Source: a virus
Lineage: Duplodnaviria > Caudoviricetes
Virus record (IMG/VR): IMGVR_UViG_3300038443_001477
Location: 8,594 to 72,593 of that record
Length of the DNA stretch: 64,000 bases
Reading direction: 5' to 3' (one strand)
The notes beneath the pieces were generated by a model. That model made no database searches and was not told where the DNA came from. It saw only the letters and a list, made by a program, of their open reading frames with translations. Positions 1 to 8,631 of the stretch are shown here, piece by piece. Position 1 is the first letter of the stretch, and the number at the start of each line of letters is the position of its first letter. Both the position numbers and the translations under genes were made by a program.

Positions 1-137
1 ATCAGCGGCGCCTGGGCATCCGGGTTGCCCTCGGGATCGGGATTCACCCAGGCCGGGTCCGGCACGTCGATGGTGCGGGGACCGTAGAGGTCGGGGTCGT
101 AGAAGCCCTTGGTGCTGTCGGAGAAGTACTTGGTCAT
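1..137 (-). CDS. Tail fibre assembly chaperone-like protein (partial, runs off window start)
   Basis: ATG at 135-137 gives MTKYFSDSTKGFYDPDLYG..., the typical YFS-x(3)-GFY start of tail-fibre assembly proteins. It lies directly downstream of the fibre gene. Confidence 0.6.
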   Translation of the reverse strand, partial: MTKYFSDSTKGFYDPDLYGPRTIDVPDPAWVNPDPEGNPDAQAPL

Positions 138-162
138 GGTTTGATTGCTCCTCTTGTGCGCT

Positions 163-1041
163 TCAGCGACCGAAGGCGACGAAGTCGATGGTCATGCTGG
201 CGAGCGTGCCGTTCACGTAGCAGTTGACGGGGCAGTTGGTGCTTGTGAAGGTGCCCGTGCTGCAAGTGGCCGAGGCCGTGGCACCCGCATTCGGCGACGC
301 GATGACAGCGGAGGCGCTGCCATTCGGGAAGGCCGTGGGGAAGGTGATGGTGCCCGAGCCCCCACTGATGGCGACCGAGCCCCACTGCACGATGATCCCG
401 CTCGGGAGCCGCTGGTAGGTATTGCCACCAGCCGGGGAGGCAAAGTTCGCGGCGTAGCGGTTCATGGCGGAGCCGCTCACCATCTTCCAGCCGCCGGCAC
501 CATCCGACACGTACTTCGCCGCGTCGAATTGGCCGATCACGTGCGAGGTGGCCGCATTGGGGGTCAGGAGGTCGGTGCCCTGGCGAAGCACCGAGACGTC
601 GATGGAGGTCGAGTTGAGGTTATAGAGCGTGACCGCCTTTCCCTTGTTGCCCGCGTTGGAGACGGGAAGGGTCACGCTGGTAGAGCCTGAAATGCCAAAG
701 ACCTTGCCGAGGTCGGCGTCGGTCAGCGTCGTGTTCACGCTGATGGTGGCGTAGTCGCGGAAGCCCCCGGAGCTGGCGGCGCGCACGGCGGCCGAGATCA
801 TCGTGGAGAGCGCCGAGGCCAGCAGAGCGTCGCTGACATCGGTGCCCTGATTGTCCGCGAGGAACTGGCCCAAGCCCGCCGCCATGGCACTCGCCTGGAG
901 GAGGGCCTTGTTCACAAGAGGCGCCCGGGCTACCCCCGGCTGGTTGCCGATGCCCCGGTGGGCGTCGGCGTTGTAGTCGGCCTGAGTGAGCACGTAGGCT
1001 CCGCCGGCCTGCGCGAAGGGCAGGATGTTGTTGGCACTCAT
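163..1041 (-). CDS. Tail fibre protein (gp53-like C-terminal domain)
   Basis: N-terminal baseplate-anchor segment (NNILPFA...VNKALLQASAMAAGLGQF) and C-terminal YQRLPSGIIVQWG...TITFPTAFPN motif typical of myovirus fibres. Confidence 0.8.
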   Translation of the reverse strand: MSANNILPFAQAGGAYVLTQADYNADAHRGIGNQPGVARAPLVNKALLQASAMAAGLGQFLADNQGTDVSDALLASALSTMISAAVRAASSGGFRDYATISVNTTLTDADLGKVFGISGSTSVTLPVSNAGNKGKAVTLYNLNSTSIDVSVLRQGTDLLTPNAATSHVIGQFDAAKYVSDGAGGWKMVSGSAMNRYAANFASPAGGNTYQRLPSGIIVQWGSVAISGGSGTITFPTAFPNGSASAVIASPNAGATASATCSTGTFTSTNCPVNCYVNGTLASMTIDFVAFGR

Positions 1042-1055
1042 GTAATGCTCCAGTG

Positions 1056-1088
1056 AAAAGGAAAGGGCCCGCCGATGAGAGCGGGCCC
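1056..1088 (-). terminator. Intrinsic terminator-like hairpin before the tail fibre gene
   Basis: Minus-strand RNA GGGCCCGC-UCUCAUCG-GCGGGCCC followed by UUUCCUUUU. Confidence 0.6.
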
Positions 1089-1115
1089 TTAAAGAGGGGA
1101 GGGGTCAGCGAGCGC

Positions 1116-1769
1116 TTAGACCCAGACAGCGATTCCGGTCCAGCCCTGGAACTTCAGGAGGTTCAGGTCCCAGGAGAAGAGGGGCCGCGTCGCGCTGGCG
1201 GCAATGTAGTTGATGCGAACCCCCGCCGGCTTCAGCGGGAAGGCACCGCTTAGCAACAGGTTCTTCTGCACCGCGTTGAGAATGCTGTCGTCGTAGACGA
1301 GGGACAGGCTCATGTCGCCGTTATCGAGGAGGAGGATCGCGCCTGCCCCGAAGACGTATTCCCAGAAGCTGTACATCGTCTCGACCGTGCCGTCCCATTG
1401 GTTGGCCGCGATCTTCGCGCGGATGACCGTGCGGTAGGTCACATCATCCAGGCTCGCCACACCAGTACTCGGGTCGAGGGGGCCCTGCCAGTAGCCCTGA
1501 CCCCAGCCCAGCGTGGCGTCGCCGTCCCAGGTGAAGTACACCCCCGAGATGGGCACGCTCACGTTGCGCTTGATCCCGACCCAGAGTCCGATCTGATCGA
1601 GCTGCACACCGACCGCCTGATCGAGGTCGAAGTGCACGCTCGGCATATCGAGCTGGAGGTTGACGTCTGCGGCGAGGCCATCGGTGATAGCTTTGATGAC
1701 CGCAGCGAATAGAGGCCTGTCGCGGTGCTCGCTGGTGACAAGGCCCAGGTAGTCGTCGCTGGTCGCCAT
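1116..1769 (-). CDS. Baseplate wedge protein (DUF2612-like)
   Basis: FDLDQAVGVQLDQIGLWVG and LDDVTYRTVIRAKIAANQWDGT motifs; follows baseplate J. Confidence 0.8.
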   Translation of the reverse strand: MATSDDYLGLVTSEHRDRPLFAAVIKAITDGLAADVNLQLDMPSVHFDLDQAVGVQLDQIGLWVGIKRNVSVPISGVYFTWDGDATLGWGQGYWQGPLDPSTGVASLDDVTYRTVIRAKIAANQWDGTVETMYSFWEYVFGAGAILLLDNGDMSLSLVYDDSILNAVQKNLLLSGAFPLKPAGVRINYIAASATRPLFSWDLNLLKFQGWTGIAVWV

Positions 1770-1771
1770 CG

Positions 1772-2953
1772 TCAGGTCACCAGGAGGGTGATGTCCGCGA
1801 CATCACAGGTCGCGATCTCATTAAAGGCGGGGAAGAGGTCCGCCGCCGCGAGGCCGCCCCCGAAGAAGGCGATGGTCAGGCTGTCGACCTCGAACGTCTC
1901 GGAGCCCGGGCCGAAGTAGAGCTGAGCGGGCACATAGAGCCGGCCGAAGTCGACCTTCTTCCCGATGCCTAGCGCGTTGATGTAGGCGGCAAGGGCAGCC
2001 TTCACCGAATCGCCGACAGTCGATACGTAGTTCGCCAGGGCCTTCAGCGTGAGCGAAAGGACCACCCGGCGCTGCGTCGCCACGAAGAAGTTGATGGTGG
2101 TCGGCACGCCGCCCGGATCGGTGAGGATGACGCTGGTCGTCCCGTAGGTGCCCGTGCCCGGAGTCTTCTTCAGCATCATCGCGTTGGCAATGTCGCCCGA
2201 GGCTCCGCCGAGGCAGACAATCGAGATGCTGTGCGCGGGGATGCCGTTGGTGTCGGTGGCGTTGGTGTCGTTCTCATAGCCCCGCACCTGGGAGACGCCA
2301 GAGACCGCAGCCACTGCCCCCACGATGCCATCCAGCACGGTGCGCGAGGGCAGGGCCACGCTGATGGTCTGGCGCTGGCGGAGTTTGGCGTCGGTCTCCA
2401 CTGGCTGCCCTGGCGCCGCCGCGCTCGGGTTGGTCACCGTCTGCCAGCCGAGGGTCGGCGTGGCGATGTTGGTGATGGTGCCCGCCGCCGCCTCGATGTC
2501 GCCCTCCAGCTCCGCGGTCGCCGTCACAGCCGCCGTGCCCAGGGCTCCGATGATGACGCTTGCCGGGAGGAGCCAGCGCTGGCCCTGGTTGTCGGTGGCG
2601 ACCCCGTTGGAGATCACAGTACCGACCGTGCCGGCGAGCGTCAGGTTCACTTGCGAATGCGTGGCGACAGCCCGCGCAATGCCGTTGATCTTGACCGCGG
2701 TGCTCAGCCCCGCCCCTTGCGCGGTCGCGGGACTGTAGCCGTTATACGCGGCCACACACGCCGCGTTCGAGTCGTCCTGCGCCTTGGCGATGATGGCGAG
2801 GAGTTGGCCGTCCTGGCTGTCGGGGTCGATGTAGGCGTCGGTGCCGTAGATCGCCTTGAACTGCGCCTGAAAGGTCTCGTAGATGTCGGAATACGGTGGC
2901 CTGCTGATGCCGTTCGGGCCGATGGTGCAGGCCACGGTTGCAAGGATCGTCAC
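1772..2953 (-). CDS. Baseplate J-like protein
   Basis: 393 aa with AQGAGLS...NGIAR, ETDAKLRQRQ and ENDT...NGIPAHSI motifs of the gpJ/gp47 family. Confidence 0.88.
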   Translation of the reverse strand: MTILATVACTIGPNGISRPPYSDIYETFQAQFKAIYGTDAYIDPDSQDGQLLAIIAKAQDDSNAACVAAYNGYSPATAQGAGLSTAVKINGIARAVATHSQVNLTLAGTVGTVISNGVATDNQGQRWLLPASVIIGALGTAAVTATAELEGDIEAAAGTITNIATPTLGWQTVTNPSAAAPGQPVETDAKLRQRQTISVALPSRTVLDGIVGAVAAVSGVSQVRGYENDTNATDTNGIPAHSISIVCLGGASGDIANAMMLKKTPGTGTYGTTSVILTDPGGVPTTINFFVATQRRVVLSLTLKALANYVSTVGDSVKAALAAYINALGIGKKVDFGRLYVPAQLYFGPGSETFEVDSLTIAFFGGGLAAADLFPAFNEIATCDVADITLLVT

Positions 2954-3291
2954 AGAACCTCCGCGATCGTGGTGGGGCCGTAGATGGTGTCGACGGTGGC
3001 GCTGACCCGGAAGGCGCGGCCATCCATGACGGAGGAGTAGTTGGTGAGGCGGAGGACACCCTGCGTGCCGAGGATGCGCTGCTGCACCTCATAGTCGCGG
3101 GTGGCCTGGGTGCCGTAGCCCAGGATGTTTTCCATGTTGAGCCCCTCGCGCGTGTCGAGGAACCACTCGCCCGCCAGCAGGCGCATCCGGGTTCGGATCG
3201 CCTGGGCGACCGTCTCCGGGGTATTCGCCAGGAAGGTGGAGCCCGCGCCGAACATGTAGTCGTCGGCGTCGGTCATCTTGCGGTATCTCAT
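2950..3291 (-). CDS. Baseplate wedge subunit (gpW/gp25-like)
   Basis: True start MRYRKMTDADDY at 3291; AQAIRTRMRLLAGEWFLD motif; coupled to baseplate J. Confidence 0.75.
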   Translation of the reverse strand: MRYRKMTDADDYMFGAGSTFLANTPETVAQAIRTRMRLLAGEWFLDTREGLNMENILGYGTQATRDYEVQQRILGTQGVLRLTNYSSVMDGRAFRVSATVDTIYGPTTIAEVL

Positions 3292-3941
3292 GCCACGCCT
3301 CCCGAAGTTGCGCCACCAGCGACGACGCCTGTGTGCGCGTGCGACAGGTAGGCGGCGCCGTTGATGAAGAGAGTACCGTTGAGGTCGATGCGCCCGGCGC
3401 TCGCCTTTATCTCCGCCCCAGCGGCAACCAGCCGCGAGGTGCCGGCCTGGGAGTCGACGCCCGCGAAGACCGTGCCATCCTTGGAGGTGAGCCGGGCCTC
3501 GGTGCCATGCACATCGGGGAGCCCCGTAAACTTCGGCTGCGACATTGCCGCTGGCAAGCAGAAGCCGTCGCTCAGGTGATGCATGCGGAACTCCGCCTGC
3601 ACCTGCTGACCCCCGCTCTGCCACCACGCATCAATGCAGCGGTCGGCGAAGAGCACCAGCACCTCGTCTCCTTCCGCCAGGGGGAAGGTCACGAAGTACT
3701 CGCTACTGCCCGCGAAGACGACAGGGCAGTCGAGGAGGAGGGGCAGATCGACCCACGACTTGCTCCCGTCCTCTTGCTGCACCTGCGCCTTGAGCGCTGG
3801 CTGCACGACCGCTGTCCGCTTCGCGGCGTCGAAGCTCTGGATAATGCCGGGCATCGCTACGCGGATCTCCGACGAGAAAAGCTCCTGCATGGCGAGGAGT
3901 CCCGCCAGGAGGTCGCCACTGCGTTCGCGCCTGTCTGCCAT
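3288..3941 (-). CDS. Baseplate central spike (gpV/gp138-like)
   Basis: Start MADRRERSGD at 3941; VAMPGIIQSFD, GDEVLVLFADRCIDAWW, HHLSDG and a C-terminal H-x-H (SHAHTGV) iron-binding apex. Confidence 0.85.
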   Translation of the reverse strand: MADRRERSGDLLAGLLAMQELFSSEIRVAMPGIIQSFDAAKRTAVVQPALKAQVQQEDGSKSWVDLPLLLDCPVVFAGSSEYFVTFPLAEGDEVLVLFADRCIDAWWQSGGQQVQAEFRMHHLSDGFCLPAAMSQPKFTGLPDVHGTEARLTSKDGTVFAGVDSQAGTSRLVAAGAEIKASAGRIDLNGTLFINGAAYLSHAHTGVVAGGATSGGVA

Positions 3942-3946
3942 TTGTT

Positions 3947-4921
3947 CTATCTCCAGTTGAGGCCGGTCACCTTCAGCGTGACCGGGTCCACAGCCAGCAG
4001 GATCAGGTCCATCCACCAGGGCGCTCCGCGCGTGTCCCCCTTGACCTCCGCTACGTAGACTCGGTAGAGGCCATCGGCGCTCACATCGGCGAATTGCTGG
4101 AGGCCGGCGTAGCGGTTGTAGGGGAGCTGGGCGCCGGGGATGGTGAAGTCGGCTTGCTGGAAGGTTTCGTTGATGCTCTTGTTGTCGATCTTGACCAGGG
4201 TCCCCGGAGCTATGCGGGGGTTGATGAGGCACCGCGCCCGCACCCCGTCTTGAGTCTGCTCGGCGCGGCCGATGAGCCCGGTCTGCGAGGTGAGCACGAT
4301 GGCCTCCCCAGGGAGATAGCCGTCGAGGGGCGTGACATTCACCTGCCCGTTCTGAATGCTCCAGGTCGCGCCGACGTTTTGCACCTCCGCCCGCAAATTC
4401 GCGCGGGCGAGGCCGAAGAGCACTTTCCCCCGGGGGAGGATGCCCCCGGTCTGTGGCATCGTGAGCGCGCCCTTCGCCACGCCCTGCGGCGCCATGGCCT
4501 CGATCAGCGCGGCGACGCGCTGGGCGGGCGTCGAGCCCGCGCTGATGCTCTTGTTGATGAAGCCCCAGTTGTAGGCGCGGTCGCCGTCGCAGCCGAGGAT
4601 GTCGAGGTAGGTCGTGACGCTGTCTTCCTTGCCGACCCGGAACTGCTTGATCGTGCCGTCGAAGATGACGCCGTAGCCCGCGTTCTCGTAGCCCGCCTGG
4701 AGCACCACTCGGCTCGACTCCCCCTGGATGCGGGCCATGGTTTCGGCGCTCAGGTTGTAGACCCGGATCTGCGCGTTGTTGGGGCTCTCCTCGTCCTCCT
4801 GCCGCACCTCAAACTGGATGCGGAGCTCGGAGAGGTCGAGGCCCTCGGAGCCGGGGTCGTTGTTGGCGCTCTGGAGCACCAGCAGATTGCACTTGCGGAT
4901 GTACTGCTCATTGGCTGCCAT
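3947..4921 (-). CDS. Baseplate hub protein
   Basis: 324 aa, PNNAQIRVYNLS and LQAGYE...IFDG motifs; sits upstream of the spike gene. Confidence 0.75.
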   Translation of the reverse strand: MAANEQYIRKCNLLVLQSANNDPGSEGLDLSELRIQFEVRQEDEESPNNAQIRVYNLSAETMARIQGESSRVVLQAGYENAGYGVIFDGTIKQFRVGKEDSVTTYLDILGCDGDRAYNWGFINKSISAGSTPAQRVAALIEAMAPQGVAKGALTMPQTGGILPRGKVLFGLARANLRAEVQNVGATWSIQNGQVNVTPLDGYLPGEAIVLTSQTGLIGRAEQTQDGVRARCLINPRIAPGTLVKIDNKSINETFQQADFTIPGAQLPYNRYAGLQQFADVSADGLYRVYVAEVKGDTRGAPWWMDLILLAVDPVTLKVTGLNWR

Positions 4922-4927
4922 CGCCGC

Positions 4928-5233
4928 TCACTCCACGATGAAATAGAGGTGCCCGGTCTGTCCCAGGTTATCGAAGGTCGGCACGGCATCCAGGTCGTAG
5001 TCGGTCTGGACGATGAGCGAGCCCCCGATGTTCAGGTGCTTGTGCTGGGCGAGGAGGTCGATGCCTGTGATGATGGGCACCCCCTGGAGGAGCGGCGTGG
5101 AGCCGGTGAAGATGTCCAGGCACCAGCAGGTGGAGAGGCCGTTCCAGTAGAAACGCAGGATGCGCTCGACGCCCGCCAGCTTGATGTTGAAGCGCTGGGG
5201 CTCCGGACTCAGCGGGATCTCGTAAGAGGTCAT
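4928..5233 (-). CDS. Small baseplate protein
   Basis: 101 aa YEIPL...F-x-I-x-L...WCLDI...GVPIITGIDLLAQH, the conserved small gene between the Dit-like and hub genes. Confidence 0.7.
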   Translation of the reverse strand: MTSYEIPLSPEPQRFNIKLAGVERILRFYWNGLSTCWCLDIFTGSTPLLQGVPIITGIDLLAQHKHLNIGGSLIVQTDYDLDAVPTFDNLGQTGHLYFIVE

Positions 5234-5916
5234 GGCAACGCTCCTTGCGAGATGAGCTTCAGCGGGTCAGGAGTGAGCGCCTGCACCGCGGAATCAAGGT
5301 TCATCTTGGCGCCATCGGAGAGTTGCTTCATGCCCTTCTCCACAGGCGCTAGCGTGCTCTGCGGCACGCTCTGCGCATCCTTCGGCGCCGAGATGGTCAC
5401 GACCTGCACGGTCGCGATGATGACCTCCCGCATGTGCGCGGTCACCCGCAAGATGTTCGCGCTCTCCTTGTCGGTCTCCGTCTGGAGGCTCTTGAGGAGC
5501 ATGTTCTTGTAGGCGCGCTTCGCTGTGAGCACATCGAAGGGCACCCGGCTCCGCTGGAGGGCGAGGAGCTTTTGGTAAATGTCGCGGACCTGGTTGACGC
5601 CATTGCCGCCCAGGATCGTCGAGAGGCCCGCCACCGTGCCCGTAGCGGCGCCCAGGAGGCCGCTGATGAGGCCGGCGTTCTGGGGGCTGTTACTCCAGGC
5701 GCACTCCACCACCAGCTCGCACGGCCGCATGAAGGCGTGGTCGGTGATCTTCGACCCCTGCTCCACCGGGTGGTCGGTCACCTCCATCTCGTCGACGTGC
5801 TTCTCGCTGATGGTCACGTGTGCGGTGAAGTCGCCGATCTGGTGCTTCGGCTTCACCAGGATCGCCTCGACCCCAAGCTGCACCGCCGCGGTAATGATGC
5901 CGAGGGCCTGGGCCAT
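5230..5916 (-). CDS. Baseplate organisation / Dit-like protein
   Basis: EKHVDEMEVTDHPVEQGSKITDHA motif; follows the tape measure gene. Confidence 0.75.
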   Translation of the reverse strand: MAQALGIITAAVQLGVEAILVKPKHQIGDFTAHVTISEKHVDEMEVTDHPVEQGSKITDHAFMRPCELVVECAWSNSPQNAGLISGLLGAATGTVAGLSTILGGNGVNQVRDIYQKLLALQRSRVPFDVLTAKRAYKNMLLKSLQTETDKESANILRVTAHMREVIIATVQVVTISAPKDAQSVPQSTLAPVEKGMKQLSDGAKMNLDSAVQALTPDPLKLISQGALP

Positions 5917-5920
5917 GGCT

Positions 5921-7477
5921 TTACCTCACTTTCGGGGACATGTTGCGCACGATGTCGGCATTGACCGTGCGCTGACTGGCGACCACCCGATCCGCCGCCT
6001 CGTGCGGGTCGGTGACGCCGATGATCTGGATGGTGGGATTGGCCTGCACCATCACCGAGCCCGCCACCGCATCCATGTAGTCGCGAGTCTCCTTGGGCGC
6101 GTTGCCGAGGCCATAGCGGGCGAGATTGCCGTCGCCCCAGTTGTAGGCGGCGGCCGCCATGCGGATGTTGCCGCCGTAGCGGCGGAGGAGATCGCTCCAC
6201 TTCCGCGCCGCCGCGTCGCCGCTCTCCATGAAGTCGTCGGGGTCCTTGAGCCCGTATTCCTTTGCGGTGCCCGGCATGAAGCCGAAGTGTCCCATGGCGC
6301 CCGCAGGGCTCCGCATGAAGCGCGGGTCGCCGAAGTGGCTTTCCCGGCCCCACACGCGTTTAAGAAGGCCCCTGGGGAGCCCATGCTTGCGCTCCAGGCC
6401 CTCCAGATATGCATCAGGGTCGAAGCCCGGCTGGTCGACGCCTCCAGGCGAGAGGTCGCCGGCATCGCTGGCCGCCCCACGCAGCCGCAACTGGAGAAGC
6501 CGGATGCGCTCGGCCTCCGACATATTCGGGTGCTTGTCCTGGAAGTCGCTGTTGTCGGTAGCCGCGTCGACAGCATCGGCATCGGTGGCAACCCGGCTCT
6601 TCATGTCGGCGGCCACGGGCAAGCCGAGGCGGTCCCGGGCATCCCTGGAGAGCCGCACGCCGCCCCCGCTGGCGCGGCCCGTGATGCCCTCCAGGAGGCG
6701 CGTCTTGAGGTCCTCGCGGCCGCCCACTGTGCGCGCGTCGCGGGCGATGCTGGCCCAGGAGATCATCAGTTCGTTGGTGCGGCCGACCAGCGCCTCCACA
6801 TAGGGGAGGGCGGTTTCGCCCAAGGCCATACCGAATAGCTTGGCGCGCTCGGTGACCTCGCGCCAGAGCTGCGAGTACTGCACGCCGATCTCCGCCGAAT
6901 GATTGACGTCGACCCCCATCTCCTCCGCCATCTTCTTCCGCTCCGCCTGCGCCTGCTTCATCTTGTCCAGGCCCTCCTCCAGGTAGAAGAGCGTCTCCTG
7001 GTCGATGCCGAAGAGGTTGGCGTAGCGCTCGGCGATGTAGAAGGGCATCTTCTTCAGCGCGCCGACCAGATCGGTCAGGACATCCGCCTTGTCGCGGCCC
7101 TTCACCTCGACGCCTAGGTTGTTCAGGAGGGCGATGAGTCCGGGGTTGCTCCGGATGCTCGCGGCCAGGTTCTTCAGGGCCCCAGCGCCCCGGCCCGCCT
7201 CCAAGCCGATCTGCCGGGTGCCGTACTCCAACGCCTGAAGACTGGAGGCGGTCGTATCGGCGTAGCGGGCGGAGTAATAGAGCTTCTCCATCTGGCGGGC
7301 GAAGAGGGTGGTGGTCGCGACAACCGTCGTCGCGAGGCCCACCAGCCCCTTGCCCAGGGTCAGCACGCGGAGGTCGGTCTTCTGGAGGAAGCCGTCGATC
7401 TTCTTGCTGCCGCGCTCGTCGATCTTGATCCCGAGCGCGATCAGGTACTCCCGCAGGATCTTCTGGTCGACCGCCAT
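5921..7477 (-). CDS. Tape measure protein with C-terminal lytic transglycosylase (SLT) domain
   Basis: N-terminal ILREYLIALG-x-KID. C-terminal RESHFG...SPAGAMGHFGFMPGTAKEYG...AAAYNWGDGN is an SLT signature. Confidence 0.88.
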   Translation of the reverse strand: MAVDQKILREYLIALGIKIDERGSKKIDGFLQKTDLRVLTLGKGLVGLATTVVATTTLFARQMEKLYYSARYADTTASSLQALEYGTRQIGLEAGRGAGALKNLAASIRSNPGLIALLNNLGVEVKGRDKADVLTDLVGALKKMPFYIAERYANLFGIDQETLFYLEEGLDKMKQAQAERKKMAEEMGVDVNHSAEIGVQYSQLWREVTERAKLFGMALGETALPYVEALVGRTNELMISWASIARDARTVGGREDLKTRLLEGITGRASGGGVRLSRDARDRLGLPVAADMKSRVATDADAVDAATDNSDFQDKHPNMSEAERIRLLQLRLRGAASDAGDLSPGGVDQPGFDPDAYLEGLERKHGLPRGLLKRVWGRESHFGDPRFMRSPAGAMGHFGFMPGTAKEYGLKDPDDFMESGDAAARKWSDLLRRYGGNIRMAAAAYNWGDGNLARYGLGNAPKETRDYMDAVAGSVMVQANPTIQIIGVTDPHEAADRVVASQRTVNADIVRNMSPKVR

Positions 7478-7478
7478 A

Positions 7479-7760
7479 TCACGTCCTCCTTCCGCCTCCA
7501 GGGCGGGGCTGCTCGCGCGCCCACTTCTCAGCGCGTCGACTGTTTTCGTCTTCTACGGCGATGGCCTCGTTCAGCAGCATCACAAACTCCAGATCGACGC
7601 TGCCATCAATGAGCCGCTCGGGCGCGAGGATGCCCCTGAGCACAGGGCGGAAGAGGGGGTCCTCTCCGCCGATCATGTTCAGTTGCTGCCACCCTCGGGC
7701 TGACCTTGAGCCAAGGAGCTTGTCGAGGTCAGCCCGCCGCTTAGCTCCGTCAAGAAATTT
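7479..7760 (-). CDS. Tail assembly chaperone C-terminal extension (-1 frame, or separate small ORF from MIGGEDPL)
   Basis: Open frame ...GEDPLFRPVLRGILAPERLIDGSVDL... lies between the chaperone and tape measure genes and is reachable by a -1 slip at 7754-7760. Confidence 0.6.
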   Translation of the reverse strand, partial: KFLDGAKRRADLDKLLGSRSARGWQQLNMIGGEDPLFRPVLRGILAPERLIDGSVDLEFVMLLNEAIAVEDENSRRAEKWAREQPRPGGGRRT

Positions 7761-8134
7761 CCGAGGTTCAGCTTCATGGTCTCGATAGAGAGGCGGATCA
7801 TCGCCGGCATCTCGATATCGGCGAACATGATCCGCTTGCCATCCGGACTCATCACCGGTGCCCAGGCCTCGCCCTGCTTCCTCCGGCATGCCGAGAGGCA
7901 TGTGAAGATGATGTAGTTAGCCTCGTCGTCGCTCATCTTGGAGAGCATCTCCATCACCGGGCCGGTCATGGCGACCATGTCTCCGAGATCGAGCTTCATG
8001 CCGTTACGCAGTGCCTCCAAGGAGATACCGGCGACGATGAGGAGCGGGCCAAGGCGCCGCGTCAGGTGGAACTGTTGCAGCGCGCTCAGCCGCTCGATCT
8101 GGTAGAGGTTGCCGGCGACTTCAATCTGGATCAT
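7679..8134 (-). CDS. Tail assembly chaperone
   Basis: 151 aa between tube and tape measure; YQIERLSALQQFHLTRRL motif. Confidence 0.75.
   Translation of the reverse strand: MIQIEVAGNLYQIERLSALQQFHLTRRLGPLLIVAGISLEALRNGMKLDLGDMVAMTGPVMEMLSKMSDDEANYIIFTCLSACRRKQGEAWAPVMSPDGKRIMFADIEMPAMIRLSIETMKLNLGNFLTELSGGLTSTSSLAQGQPEGGSN
7754..7760 (-). other. Candidate -1 ribosomal slippery site A AAT TTC
   Basis: In-frame GGA AAT TTC fits X XXY YYZ; the -1 frame continues open to 7479. Confidence 0.55.
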
Positions 8135-8162
8135 TTTGTGTGTCTCCTATCTCTCCCGGGGC

Positions 8163-8603
8163 TTAGGAGCCCAGGGTCATCTGCATCCGGATCGCGTTGA
8201 ATTCCCAGGTGATGATGTCGGCGTCCTTCGCGTAGGTCACGTCCGGGAGCTTCTTGAACGCCACCTGACTGCACACCCACACATCGCCGCGACCCCTGTC
8301 ACGGCACTCGATGGTGTTCTGCCCCCAGCTCGCGGCGCCGGTGCGCTGGAAAGCGACCATCGCCGAGAGGAGTTGGTTTGTCGGGCTGTTCTTCAGGAGC
8401 CGCACGGTCACGGTGCCGCTCAGATCGGCGTGCAGGCTGTGGACGCCTTCCCCGTCGGAGCCAATGAGCATCCCGTCGATGTCGCCGTTGTAGGCGAAGG
8501 AGATGCCCTCGTCGGCGACGGCTGCCCCGCTGCCCAGGCTGATGAAGCCGCCGGGGCCGACCAGGGTCGCCGCGACGTCGAGGAAGCTGTAGCTCTTGCT
8601 CAT
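8163..8603 (-). CDS. Tail tube protein (DUF3277-like)
   Basis: YSFLDVAATLVGPG...SGTVTVRLLKNSPTN; directly after the sheath gene. Confidence 0.82.
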   Translation of the reverse strand: MSKSYSFLDVAATLVGPGGFISLGSGAAVADEGISFAYNGDIDGMLIGSDGEGVHSLHADLSGTVTVRLLKNSPTNQLLSAMVAFQRTGAASWGQNTIECRDRGRGDVWVCSQVAFKKLPDVTYAKDADIITWEFNAIRMQMTLGS

Positions 8604-8631
8604 GTCTTAGTCCTTCCGCGCCGAGGGCGCC

